A DNA stretch of 63,888 bases, filler included, from Choristocarpus tenellus KU-1152 (lineage: Eukaryota > Protista > Phaeophyceae), in NCBI GenBank assembly GCA_964200185.2. It is 12 parts of 12 records of this genome, joined end to end, with 100 filler letters (N's around TTAATTAATTAA, not from the genome) between each part and the next. Parts side by side here need not be neighbours in the genome. Positions count along the whole stretch, not along the records: positions 48,210 to 57,213 come from CAXNAD020004094.1; positions 57,314 to 61,248 come from CAXNAD020017059.1; positions 61,349 to 63,888 come from CAXNAD020026928.1; 9 more parts are not named here. One strand, 5' to 3'. This document shows, piece after piece, positions 52,401 to 63,888 of the stretch. Made by a program: the position numbers and the translations under genes. The notes beneath the pieces were generated by a model. That model saw nothing but the letters and a program-made list of their open reading frames with translations. It was not told where the DNA came from and did no database searches. Numbering within the stretch: position 1 is the first letter of the stretch; each line of letters opens with the position of its first letter.

Positions 52401-53659
52401 CCATCCCATGTGTGCATTTTCCAGTTGATGAGCAGTATAATTTTCATTAATGTGTGAGTGTATGTGGGGGAATGGAAGTGGAGATAAAAGAAGAGTGAAG
52501 TGGTTGTGACCAAAACATAAGTATCGTCAAATCATGTTGACCTGACCCTCACCATCAAATCCAGCCCTTACTTGAAACTCCAGCATAATATCATGCGGAC
52601 GTCAAGCTCCTCTTTCCTTGCACACTCTAACCAGTCTATTAGTTACGACCTATGGTCTGATAGCACTACAAGCATGGTGCCAACTCGCTCCCTCCTACTT
52701 CCCACAATGCTTGCATCCCCAACCCCTTACCTGTCGAAGAAGGTCACCCAGCCTTCGCCCACCCCCCCTCATCACCTTTCCCCTATCTCCTATGCACGTG
52801 TCTTCCCCTAACATGACCTGGTGGGTAGTTTGACTGGTCTCTTCCTGCTGGTACAAGGCCAAGAATACCGCCGTTGCCGACCACACTCGGTCTGGCTGAT
52901 CGCCCTCCGCCCTGAGCTGTTGGTCGAGTCGGGGATTACATATGAAGTCAGTGAAGAGCCCCACAATAATCTAAGTCAACTAGTATCAAATATACTATAG
53001 ACATAAAGGCCAAGGACAGCAGTGTGGGTATAAACTCTCAAAGATGCAGCATCTACTTGACACTAGAATCACTGTTTGCCCTAAGATGGTTCCATTCGCA
53101 TGGGTGGCTATAGTTGTGCGGTAGGTGTACTTAGCGCGGCGCCTCCTTAGGGTCTGGTATGACTGACGTACGATGCAGATGGGACCAGGAGTAGATCTCG
53201 GAACACACCTACTTGTCGTACAGGTCAACAGAAATGGAACGTCTCTTACTTACAGTGACGATGGCATCGTGTTGACATGCCCTGGTGGGTACCAAGACGT
53301 GCGAAGCGCAAAGAGTGCGACTTTCAAAAGACGGTGGTCCACAGCAATCTGATATCGACGTGGTTTTGCGTTATAAGACAACCTGGAAAGTCGCTTTTGT
53401 GGCAAAGTGAGAGGCAGGTGGTAGAGGGTACTGCTCGACGTCAAACCTACAGCTCTGTTGTATGTAGAGCGAGAGGAGACCACGATAAAGAGATGCCAAG
53501 AACTTGCGGCCTTACCTGAAGGTCTTCAATCTTGGAAATGTAGTCCATTGCCCTCAAACGAACATCGTCTTCATCAATGTCCAAGCTCTTGCACAGTTCA
53601 ACGCAGGTATTGTAGCTGCTCAAGCGACGGACCCGTATGGATTCCACTTCCGGCTCCAT
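49414..53659 (-). CDS. RBR: Retinoblastoma-related protein, N-terminal region (DUF3452/RB-N); exons 53659-53516, 52970-52731, 52158-52063, 50992-50928, 50274-49414; 3' part missing
   Basis: ELCKSLDIDED, GDQPDRVWSATAVFLA, LGDLLRQ|SGVGVKDFMEHM, IVVTKMVHGKYRQLW, LGWYLYLVTK...LMVAVIGTVLLHLP and LGLEY...GVLDEGFVL occur in the order of the RB/RBR N-domain. GT-AG introns have consistent phases (0, 0, 0, 2). Confidence 0.8.
51533..51741. repeat. Tandem duplication, 2 x ~104 bp, in an RBR intron
   Basis: ACAATAARTGGGCCAAGCTTTGCCTG...GTGGGGAGATTTTG starts at 51562 and again at 51666. Confidence 0.85.
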
Positions 53660-54489
53660 CTTTGATCCAGCAGCACCAACGCTCAATGGGATTCAAATAC
53701 TTTACAGTACTTATTCCCCAAGAGGTACAGCACCGCAACGCTATGAGTGATGGCTCGTACAAAGGAGAGGGTCCTTACTTACCATGTGATCACGTTCAAA
53801 AATATTGACAATGATACAAGACCGAGGCCACCAACTTGCTCTCCGTGACAACCACCTCCAATGCTGATCCTTGGCACACACTGAGGTTCAGAGAGGAGTT
53901 GCAAGGACGTAGATTGCGACAACTTTGCACTAGTGCGAAATGCGAGGGAGGGACTATCAAACTGCAGTTGTGAAGTGGGCGGGAACCAATAGTGATTTTG
54001 ATTTTTCCAACCATATTTCTGAGTTTCAAACCCTAACACTATACACCATTCGCATCTTCACATTCATATAAAATAGCAATAGTTACGAAGGGCAGATGAG
54101 CAACGACAACAACGTGTGGGAGGAAAACGCGACATATTCAGGTAACACCAGCGAGTACAGTAGACATAGGTGCCCTGCTATGGGCTGCAGTCCTCGCGCG
54201 TGGTCATTTACTGTTTTATCGCAACTACGTTTAGAAATGCTTCGCTGTATGGACAGTTGAGGTTGTACATAAATGGTGTGTCTACTTTCTAGTGTGTGAG
54301 ACTAGTCATAGGGTGCGTTACGTCTTCGTAGTACAAGACTTTTTCGTCGTCGAATGATATTCCTACGTTTTAATTTGACGAGGAAAGTTTTATACTCATT
54401 GAAGACCATCTTGAGTCGTGTTGATGTCAAAAGGAACCTGGAGTAAATTGTTTGTGGCAAGAGCTATCTTGTGGTGACTTAAAGTTGTG
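53660..54489. promoter_or_regulatory. Putative bidirectional promoter with an E2F-like site (GGCGGGAA, 53978-53985) abutting CCAAT
   Basis: About 830 bp separate two divergent predicted ATGs. The motif is visible; its function is inferred. Confidence 0.4.
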
Positions 54490-57136
54490 ATGGAGCCAGG
54501 AGGTCGGAATCGACGGGTTAGTGGCCGACGCCGCTTGAGAGATCTTCTACATCTAGCAGTAGAATCTCATGAGACGGTGGAGGAAGTGAGGGAACTGCAT
54601 CCCTGCGTTGGAGGTTTGGCGAAGGCGCTGTTGGAGGTGAGAAGTACACTTGTGCCAATACTGTAATAGGTAGCGTCTTACGCTGTGTAAGCGCACATTC
54701 CAGCCACTGGTAGGAAGGCTTTGGACATTACTCGCTGCTTGATCTTTCCTTCACTTTATCATTGTTGACTTCTAGAAGGACTTGAGTTTTTCTTCAAGAC
54801 CGATTGATTTCCTTACCCGCAACCCAAACGGCTGTTACTATCTTTTTGTCACGGAATTGTGTAAACAGTAGTTGGAGCACTCTTCCTATCCGTATCTTGC
54901 AAGTTAATTTCATTATATGGACAGAAATGTATATAACATATCTACAAGCGCAACTCTTCCTTTCCTCCACTTTGTTCATGGACAGGTGACGAAGCTAGGG
55001 ATGCACGTTTTCCTTGAGGGGCCCAAATGTCGAGAAACAAAAACGTGGGCTGTCATGGATACGGGTTTGGGCTTGGGGACAGAGGCAGGGGAGGGTGGAG
55101 GATCTGTTTCAGGTCTTGACAACAGTTTCATTGGAAGGCGTTGGGATGGGAGTGGGGGAGGGGCTGGGGCAGGAGGGGGAGAGGAACCGTTGCCCATGGG
55201 CATTGCATCTGTTCTGTGGGAATTGGAGTGCTGCTTGGTTAGGGCTCACGAAACCCTCACAAACTTGCAGGAACGCCGCCCGAATCACTTTGGGGTGTTC
55301 CGTGGTGCACTCTATGCGCGAGAGATACGTGTGCTGGACACCAAGGTATATGTCATTAGGTGGTCAAAAGTGTAGTTATGTTCCTCTGGTAGAGGTGGAC
55401 GAATGTTTGGGGGAGAATGTGAGCAAACATATGATGAGTCTGGTGTAGTACGGATTAAGGTGAAGTAGTTTGAAACAGGTTACAGTTGATTTTTCTGTTT
55501 GCTCTTCATGATTCTACTTGGACTCGGTAGGCACACTGTCTGCTTCAGAAAGACAAGTGTCTGACTAATCCAACCAATATGTTAACGTTCATCCTAGCCC
55601 TTACCAACTTAGGCAGCAAAGTGTGCAACAGGTTACAACACTTGTATGGCATCACCTTTCGCTTGATGCCATCCCCCTCCAATTACCCATATTTCCAAAA
55701 TGTCTTTCAATACAAATAATTGGCTGGTGGTAGATGCAAGAGCTGGTGGAGCAGGCCAAGAACCCCAAGGAAGAAACACGTTCCTCTATGGGGAGTGTAA
55801 AATCACTGATTCGGTGAGTACACTAAGGGAATGTTGAATCTATTGGGTCTAGGAATATAGTAAGATCCACCAAAGATTGATTTGGTCAGAGAGAAATTGG
55901 AATAGTATGTGTGGAGGAAAGTGAGTTTTTTTTGTGGCATTCTGAGGTTGAAAAGTTTCAACTTTTGTCACACTCTCTGTTACTTTTCATTTAGTGCATT
56001 GCGGTACCTGTCTGCATGAGCAATTTTCATAGGCGATATCATTTCCCCCTTGCCCCCCTCCCCCCCTGGCAGGAATTGTGTGGCAAGATTGTGGTGGGCA
56101 GATCGAGTGGGTGAAGATATTGACACGGTTGAATGGGCGACTTTCATCAAGATCTTTCAGGAGGATGTGAGCCCTCCCAACCGCATTCCTCTATCTCCCT
56201 GACCTCAACTTAATCAGCTGGGAGAAACATATGCAACCAATCTCTTGATACTATTTCTCAACATTGATTTCGAGGCTATGTATTACATCACCCAAACAGT
56301 GCACAAGTACAGTACCATTCTAGCCTCTTGTTGATTCTTTTTCACTGCCCATGTTCCAATATTTCCCATCTCTACTCTCATGTCTATCTACATATATACA
56401 TACATAGTTCGAACAGCAGCCGGCGGAGGCCATCAATCTTTTGAGGAAGCACTTGGCTTCCTATTGTGAGAGCAGCAAGACTAAATTTCAGGTCGGAGGG
56501 TTGGGGGGACCAGTGTCACCAGATCCGGGACAAAAAACAGCAGGGCAAATATGTATGAACGACCCCACAGGGTCTATGAAATCACTTTCACTTGAGTCTT
56601 GCCAAGAATCCAACAGTGGGACAGGAGGGGTAGGGGAGGGGGAGGGGGAGGGGGAGGGGGTAGGGGTGGTTATCCCTGACAGAGATGATACCATGGTGAA
56701 CCTGATGAATACAGCAGTGGTGGATGAAGCGTCAGAGGGGTTTGCAGATGGAGGGCCGGGGGGGAGAGTGGGGGGAGGGCCGGTTCAACCGATTCAACAG
56801 TTGAAAGCAGAAGGAACCGAGAGGACGGTGATGCCAGGGGTGGGGGCAGGGGCAGGGGCAGTTGGTGTTGTCGGTGGGATGCAGTTTGATGTGAGTGGAA
56901 GGGGGAACGGAAAGGAAGGGGGGGGGAATGTGGCAACGAGTAGGAGCCAGGGGAGAGAAAGGAAAGGAAAGGAAGGCTGGGGCAGGGGTGCTAGGCAGAG
57001 GGAAGAAGCTGGAGAGAAAGGGGGTGAGGGGGAGGTGAAAGGGCGGGGGGAAGATGATGAAGGTGTGTGGGTGGTGACTGCATCAAAGTATGATGCACTA
57101 ACGTGGATGCATGGAGGGCTATATGAGGCTTTCCAG
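54490..57136 (+). CDS. Protein with an MLKL/Cbl-N-like 4-helix bundle and a Cbl/STAT-type EF-hand; exons 54490-54636, 54986-55345, 55734-55813, 56073-56166, 56408-57136; 3' end cut by a gap
   Basis: All five exons are open with GT-AG borders and consistent phases (0, 0, 2, 0). ARLWWADRVGEDIDTVEWATFIKIF and VTASKYDALTWMHGGLYEAF resemble c-Cbl [20 protein letters not shown] and ISVFEFDIFTRLF. The gene model is more certain than the domain call. Confidence 0.7.
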
Positions 57137-58699
57137 GTGAAGATGAGGGTCAGATTTCATTGTAGTTATGTGGGTGTTTTCTGTGGGGGGTGGGGGTTGG
57201 GAGGGGGGGTGGGNNNNNNNNNNNNNNNNNNNNNNNNNNNNNNNNNNNNNNNNNNNNTTAATTAATTAANNNNNNNNNNNNNNNNNNNNNNNNNNNNNNN
57301 NNNNNNNNNNNNNTCAGGTCCAAAATGGATACCCTGGTGTAGACCCCCCCCCGCCCCCCCAGATACGTTGAGTCAACTCTTGTTGCCTTTCCGAAGCAGT
57401 TCGTATTGCCTCTTTGGAGTAATTCTTTGGCTCTGGGATCTGTTGGACTAATGTGATGATAAAGTAGTCTTAAGAAATTATGAACTTGTAGTGTAGAGTC
57501 GATGGATTAAGGTATGAAATCGCATCCCCACTTAACTTGAAACTAAGATAAAATGTAAGATTCAACGAAATCACTCTTTGTTCTTTTATTGTACCCCACT
57601 CCCTCAGTTCTATCCTATATGCTGTTTCTGACCGTTCTATTGTGGGGTTTGCCTTGTCGGTCGTCCTGGTATTTGGACAGGAAATAAAATTCAAGAAATA
57701 GCAGTCAAGTATGGTAGGATCACTACTCTCCCACAGCTGGCTGACTGCTTTCTCGGTAGCCAAGGGGTATAGCAATTTATCAACCAAAGCTAAAATTGTT
57801 GTTTTGAACCCCAGCAGGTTAACATACCCATTGAAGGGCTAAACGCGCCGGGTCCGGATGAGCAATTTCACTTCTGAACTGCCCTGCCAAAGTTAGTCAC
57901 AGATTAGAGGGACAGCAACTCTCAGGCGAAACCTCACCATGTCTCACAATTCGTGATCCTCACGATTAGCTTTGGTTCGAACATTATTGTGTGTTGACTG
58001 CTTTCTCGGTAGGTCAGGGGTATACTAATGTTCCAACAGACTACCACTCATGAACATCCGTCTACCATATCATTCGCTTACGTTGCAATTCTAAAGCTTT
58101 TCAAGAAGCAGATGATAAAGATACACGACCCTGTGAATCAACAAAACTTGACACTGTATTGCTGCACCACGCATTGTTGCAAAACAATCTCTTCCATTTG
58201 ACTCAACAATGCTCCATTGCAAGGCACTGTTTCAAGGGATACCCAACATGCTTCGGCCACCTTGCCCCAGATGTGATGATGAGGTCCCTCTCAAATGCAG
58301 CTGTCTCCGCAGACATTCTTCGATCCACTGGTGATCACACCAGGTTAGTGTCTTAGGGTTCACCCCTTTGTCAAACGTCCACTTCTGATACTTGCCTTTC
58401 AGCACATGGATTCACTGAATATTGTACTCCATGTTGTATTCTTCAACAGTTTCCCAATGTAGACGGTTGAATCACATTGTTTTGTCGTGATATGGCATTT
58501 ACAACAAGGGGCCGGAATTATATTCCTATCTTAGAAGTGGGAAATAGAAACACTGCTGTGTTCCAGTAGATTCTGAATGTTCTACATGGTGCATTGCAAT
58601 TTTCAAATGAGGTCCAGGGTAACAGGTCGCAATCTCAAGTCCAATCAATCGCTTTGAGTAGAGACTCTACTACTCCCACTCACAACAAGCATCTTTAAT

Positions 58700-60800
58700 A
58701 TTTTCAGCATATCTTCTTACGCCTTGTCCAATGTTGAACAACCTTACCCTAATGCTGGAAACAGGTTTGCACTCAAGGCGACAGTATTTCCGTACCCGGA
58801 TGAAGTGGTAGCAGTGTGGGTGATGCTTGCCTGTCGCTACCAGCCTGTCACCATATTGTGACGAACAAACGTAAATTTAGAAGGATAGTTTAAAAGAAAT
58901 GTTTTGTGGGCATTCGCTGGAGTCACTCCCCGTAATGAGTCATTTTGAACAAACCAAGAACCTATCAGTGTTTTTCTTACAAACCTTGAGGTTAATGAGG
59001 AAGGGCACCTAACTGGAAACAGATAAAAGTTGACAGAAGTTAAGAGTTCAAGGAGCAGCCAGCAAACCGACTGGCTAGTTGGAATAGTACGGTACTCTCA
59101 TAAACGTTTAAATGAGCTTTGCCCTCCTGTATACTCCCTAGTACGTTGTAAAAGGAAATTTATGGGACACGTGTGTTTCACACTGTTCCATTTGGAATTT
59201 CAGAATGAATATGACATCAAAAATGGAGTGATAAAATTTGCAATGCTCCAAGTAGGCTCAAATGTTCACCTTGGATCTTGTGTGTACACGACTGAGCTGA
59301 TAGGCCGAGAAGGTTTTGCATGGTGGTATCCAATCGCCTTGGACCTCACACCTCGAATGTTTAATCGATGTCTGAGGAACTTCGATAATATTTACCGGTC
59401 GGACATGATGCGCGTCCATGTATCGAGCTCATTAAGAAGAGTCATTGCTGAGTGATACTGTTGTATCTTACTGTTGCAATGCTCTGGTACACCCCCCCAC
59501 TGTTTGGATAGTGTCCTCCATACTTCGAAGGCACCTGTCTTGATTTTTTCTATTTTATAGTAATACATTATCACGATTCTTGAAAGTGTTTACCTTTGGA
59601 TATATTTATTAGTTTCTATTTTGCGTTTTATGCTTTTTCCGTTCATTTTTTCAGCCACATTCTTCTTTAACTTTCTTTGACTTCTTTGATCGTATTGGAC
59701 TCTTTATCGACACTTTCTCAAGCTTTTTTCACCTCTTCACTGCACCTTTCAACCACCTTTCACCGATACCTTCCCACAGCTTTCACCTTTCATACACAAC
59801 TTCGCTTGCACCTGTGGATAGACAGAGGAAATTGTCCATTGCCAAGTCGAACAAACCCAATTTGTTGACAAAGTCCAAAACCTTGCCACATATGCCTCCT
59901 ACATAATCCCGGAGACTTTTGAAGAGACTGCAAAGTGGAAGTGTGCACGTGTGGTTAGGAAACGAGATGATCAATGCATGCCCAATACGTCTGTGAGGAG
60001 TGAGATACAAGAATATAACGGGACATTGACGACTTGTAACGCACACCTACACACTCTGGAGATTGCATCACGGAATTCGAGCCACTCCCAACTGGACCCC
60101 CAACTGGACACAACCTGAACTCCAAAAGAAGAGATTTGGCCAAATGAATGGCATCCTTGCCTAAGACTGCTGACCATCCTGGGTCTTCATCATCTCACAT
60201 GGAAGTCTGAGCCCTGACCACCAGCTTGTCCTTTAGTATAGCTACAAGGTCATAGATGCATGGCTATTCAACTGGAAGAGAGACAGTTCACTCAAACAGA
60301 GGGAGCATATGACAGTTGAGGGGTATTGATTACCAAAAAGAAAGATGTTGATTTGGTCTATATGTTTGGGGTCTTGAAAAAATATTGTACAGATGTAAGG
60401 CCACACGTAGTAATTGAGGAAGTTGCTGAGCAGAGGAAGGTCACGTTTAGGGGTAAATGAGTTGAATGTGGGTTAGGGGAATAACCCCTACATACATTGA
60501 CGCAGAAATTCGGAAGTTTCATGTCGGGGAAAGTGATGTCTTCAACATTGAGGATCTCCTAGAATGTTTAAGATGCATTGCTGTGGGAGGCGCATCTGGC
60601 CTCTATATGTTTTGCCACAACAACGACAAAGAAATCCTTCTTCAGCTCGTTCTTCTGGAGTTTGCCGCCAACATCATCCTGTCGTAACCCAAACATGCAA
60701 GTCATTGGTGCAGGACATAACTTAGATATATGCAGAGAGAACGGGAAGGGAACAATTTCCATATGTTTAGAGAGGATCAATTTCTACATCATTTATGATA
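58700..60800 (-). mobile_element. Possible heavily decayed MULE/FAR1-type transposase with a SWIM finger remnant
   Basis: Fragments in the expected order: RIGHALIISFPNHTCTLPLC, AFEVWRTLSKQWG, CSSQYGDRLVATGKH. Confidence 0.3.
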
Positions 60801-62729
60801 TGAAGGGGCCACTATTTCCAAGAAAAACCTCCACCAGAAAAGAGGATGACGACTCTTCATGGTAAGCCAAGAGTAATATGGATGCCCCCGAATACTGATG
60901 TTCATAATAAAACCAAGTAAAAGCTTCAATGCAAGACTTGGTGGTATTCCTGGTATGCCTAACATTAGGGTTTCAGGTATCTATACACAGTGAGATGCAT
61001 CTCCTCCTCCAAACGTAGTACAACTTCATTGCACTGGGACCACCCTGAGATCCCACCGATCCTGAAAATCGGTGCGTTACCTTTTTTGGGAAGCTGTAGA
61101 TCAGAATATATACGTGATTTCTATTTTTTTAAATATAATTATATCAGTAGTGATTTTATGTTTCAAGATACCAATCACATACTTAATTGATCTAGTATGT
61201 TTCCAATTTACAGTAACCAAAACGTCCAAAACAGCCCTAACCCTCTACNNNNNNNNNNNNNNNNNNNNNNNNNNNNNNNNNNNNNNNNNNNNTTAATTAA
61301 TTAANNNNNNNNNNNNNNNNNNNNNNNNNNNNNNNNNNNNNNNNNNNNAAATCCTTCAAACGGAGAAAAGATACTATCAACAGAAGGCACATGGGCTTTT
61401 TAAATAAACAAAGTCCCCCCCCCCCCCGCCCGTTCCCCTACCCCTCCGAAAGTCTTCTCAAAGCAAGAGTAACAACTGCAAGCGTAACCTATCAGGCGTT
61501 GTCCGCTGCGGGTATGATAAAAATAAAATGGTTGCATGTCAATTGTCAGTATGTTATCAATACCATGTGATCAAGAGCCAGGAATGTGCAGCACCTCCAA
61601 CAGACAATCAAGTCACTCAGATATGCCCCTTAAGTATCCTATTAAGTGAAGTACTTGTTTGAACACACCCGTCATCCGTCAACCATGCACACAAAAATAC
61701 ACACACTAAAAACGCGTCTTTGTGTTTCCTGCAAGCAGTATGATACACACGTAATAAAGAACTAACCCTAACGTCAATAATAATAATAATAATAATAGTA
61801 GTAGTAGTAGTAATTATGACAACAGTAATAGTAGTATTAGTGAGTTGGACAAGGAACAAACAATACGAATGATACTCCAGAGTTATATATTTAACCCATC
61901 AAGCACACTCGTCTCATTTCCAGCCTCCACTATGCACAAACAACCAACAACTCTACACAGCTCTACGCAGATACAGAAATGTCGGCTATAACGACCTGGA
62001 CATTTCATTACATGAAAAACGTTCCTCCTCAATCATACACACCAAAAAAAGGAGAAAAAAATCGCACAAATTAGATGTCACACAAAATCCCCCCCTCCCC
62101 CCCCCCTTCTTTTCAATATCTCTCCTACCCTTGACAAACGTTTCCATAAAGAGCGTAAGTATCTAAAATGGGGGTGCCTTCGAGCCTCAAGGGCCACTCT
62201 GCCTACCTGGTGGAACAAGTTCTCGGAACACATGGTCCAAGAGTGTGCAGTGCATTTTGGCTATTTTCTAGAACATCCATATTTTGGCAGGGGGAACTTA
62301 TCCTCATCACCGTTTTTTTTTTTATTATCTACTTCAACTATTCTCAAGCACACATGAATACCGAATGTTTTGAACTTTGATCTCAAAACATTCGGGTGAC
62401 ACACACTCCTCTCCAACACTTTAGTTACTTTCACTCACAATCTACAAAGGTATATACCTCAGCTCGGCATAACATGTTCAAAGATGGATAGCATATAGTG
62501 TACGACACACAGTACTAGTAGCATGTTTGAAACTCTCACTTAGAAGTAAAAGTACTGTGTGTTCTCACTTTGTACCGAGTACTTGGTACTGTATATACCA
62601 CCTGAAACAAAAGTAAAATATAGCAGTGTGTTTGTTTCCAATGCACTTTAATCAGCTACATGTGGAGAAAGGGGTTAGGGTTTGCACAATATGTGGTGAG
62701 GCGTAACCTCCCCTAAATACCATGCACAC

Positions 62730-62935
62730 CTTAGTGGCTGTGTCCTTCAGGTAGACAAATCGAACACCTACGTCATAGAAAGGGTAGGTGAAAGACACAT
62801 ACGAACTGCGCTCCTCAGTGATGGTGATCCAACTAGCCAGCATGTCAAAGCTTCCATTGGCTACCATATCAATGCCATCATTGGTTGGGATGTCAGCCCC
62901 AAGGGGATGTATGGTGTATGTGAAGTCCAACATCT
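62730..62935 (-). CDS. Exon of an ionotropic glutamate receptor-like or periplasmic-binding-fold protein (S1 ligand-binding segment)
   Basis: DGIDMVANGSFDMLASWITITEERSSYVSFTYPFYDVGVRFV matches G..D.....TIT.ER...V.F..P....G. Borders are TTTCAG| and |GTGTGC. Confidence 0.8.
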
Positions 62936-63888
62936 CTGAAAGAGTCTGTCATTTACAAAGTGATACAAAGCAGTGTGAGCTAAAAAGGGTACATGCAAGA
63001 ACATTATGACACTATCATGAACTAGTGATTTTGGCATCTTGAAGTACTTCATTCACCTCCAACAGTAATAATACGCCACCTAGTACGTAGGCCAGTTCTA
63101 CTACCAAAGCCAAGCAAGTCACCTGCAAAAATGAGAATATGCTCTAGAGCCATCACACTGAATGAGAAGGGAAAAAATAAAAAATGACATTGCTCTGACA
63201 ATGAAACCTTTCCAGATTCAAATTCAAATTCCTGACTATTTTTTTCCACTGAAATGCATATAGTGAAAAAGAAAAGAAAAATTGATAGAAGAAAGTAGCA
63301 AAGGTATTTGACACTCACTACCAAACCTGCCTAGAGCACCCATTTCCACTACCGTAGCCACAGAATGGAATTGCACCCCCCTGCATTACTACCACATAAG
63401 AACTTGTTCAAATTGGCGTTTTGAAGCTCTGAACCAACGTAGTCAAACTCATGAAATGTACTCCAGAGTGGTGTACAGTGTGGAAGCAAAGCAGCACTAA
63501 CCCTAACCCTAACCCTAACCTTCACTCTACCGCACTGTGCAATCACTCTTTGCAACAAACCAACAACAGGACAAACATGCTACTTACTGCAAAACCAACT
63601 TGAACTGCAGTGCGACAAGAACAGGAACAGGTGCAGGGGGGAGGGGGGGTGGGGCAAAATACGTACGTCTCCTCTTGCGGACAAGTTGAAAAAGTCAACA
63701 AGAATTTACCACATAGGCACACAGGGCACGTGCTGCAGCCCATGCTCAACATTACAGTTGAAGTCGATTGATGGTTTAGGGCTGCCATACCTCAATACCC
63801 ATGTTCAATACCTACGCTAAACAAAAGATGGGACACAAAGACCCACATGAAAAACTGGGGACGCCACAAATGGGTTTAAAGTATCTGG

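Noticed and set aside
57742-58040. Duplicated ~45-bp segment (57742 and 57995) encoding YPLATEKA, reminiscent of ribosomal protein L23
   Set aside because: No further L23 similarity, and the second copy contains a stop. Treated as a decayed local duplication.

Overview
Eukaryotic nuclear DNA, probably a stramenopile such as a brown alga (inferred from TTAGGG arrays, long GT-AG introns and the transposon types). The window is a concatenation of about 12 short contigs joined by artificial 100-nt spacers (44 N + TTAATTAATTAA + 44 N), so adjacency across gaps is not biological. Genes rebuilt by hand from splice sites and codon phase: the 5' part of a retinoblastoma-related gene (minus); a divergently transcribed gene with an MLKL/Cbl-like 4-helix bundle plus a Cbl-type EF-hand (plus); a TauE/SafE transporter (minus); one glutamate-receptor-like ligand-binding exon (minus); a possible PI-synthase-like fragment; and two unidentified partial genes. 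The rest is mostly decayed transposons: Gypsy (one chromodomain fragment), Copia, a CRE-type LINE, hAT, a possible MULE, and a DD39D mariner with both TIRs and TA TSDs. The most striking pattern is a clan of about 30 MITEs or MITE fragments with at least four different bodies. They share the terminal core G(A/G)NYCAAAGTA, show 4-bp TSDs where these are clean, and include a 46-bp minimal member. No rRNA, tRNA or CRISPR array was seen. All family calls come from motif recognition by eye, not database searches.
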